In this document: piece by piece, positions 35,519 through 35,752 of the stretch
Layout of the letters: every line of letters starts with the position of its first letter
Position numbering within the stretch: the first letter of the stretch is position 1
Source of the DNA: Acidobacteriota bacterium
GTDB lineage: Bacteria > Acidobacteriota > UBA4820 > DSQY01
NCBI GenBank assembly: GCA_049967655.1
Contig: JBMFSH010000028.1
Coordinates: forward strand, 1-35,752
Direction of reading: 5' to 3'
DNA length: 35,752 nt
Made by a program: the position numbers and the translations under genes
Notes under the pieces: generated by a model
Database searches by the model: none
What the model saw: the letters and a program-made list of their open reading frames with translations, nothing else
Told to the model about the DNA's origin: nothing

Positions 35519-35752
35519 ATGAGAAGAGGGCGTTATCCGAATTTGGGATTTCTCGGCTTCGTCGTGGTTCTGCTGGTGCCAAGCTTGGGGCCGCGTGCCC
35601 AATCGCCCCCCCCCCCGCACCAACGTTGAGCCAGGTCTCTCCTGACCGCGCCGCGGTAGGGGACCTGCTCACCCTCACCGGCCAGGCCTTCACCGCCGGG
35701 GAGGCGCAGGTCACCGTGAACTTCGGCTCCATCCCCATCGCCGTAACCCCCG
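35519..35752 (+). CDS. Secreted IPT/TIG-domain protein, 5' part, frameshifted at a C11 tract and running off the window
   Basis: RBS and signal peptide (MRRGRYPNLGFLGFVVVLLV) stop at TGA 35627-35629; another frame from 35617 reads APTLSQVSPDRAAVGDLLTLTGQAF...VNFG. Confidence 0.75.

Noticed and set aside
1..35752. CRISPR array, cas genes, tRNA or rRNA
   Set aside because: No regularly spaced repeat-spacer series, cloverleaf or rRNA-like sequence; the WYL gene has no adjacent defence genes within the window

Overview
GC-rich diderm bacterial chromosome segment; Acidobacteriota is my best guess from gene content and protein style (inference). Bases 1-19.5 kb are mostly housekeeping: a WYL regulator, hemB, tmk, an LpxL-like acyltransferase, ADP-heptose genes (gmhB and split hldE halves), a ferredoxin, a divergent ychF, an acyl-CoA thioesterase/dehydrogenase-meaB-mce block and maeB. 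Intergenic spaces hold several repeat families: MITEs with 18-bp TIRs, a GTAG REP pair, a structured GTAC-hairpin repeat and short tandem repeats. After maeB come a non-autonomous IS110-like relic and an IS4-like miniature element, then a visibly lower-GC island of three zinc-ribbon membrane proteins (one with a TonB C-terminal domain). A secreted PKD protein, a tetraheme cytochrome c, a large subtilase and a frameshifted IPT/TIG gene follow. The strongest novel signal is an ungapped 83-aa C-terminal domain (35/83 identical) shared by two otherwise unrelated secreted proteins, a candidate secretion or sorting signal. No CRISPR array, tRNA or rRNA was found.
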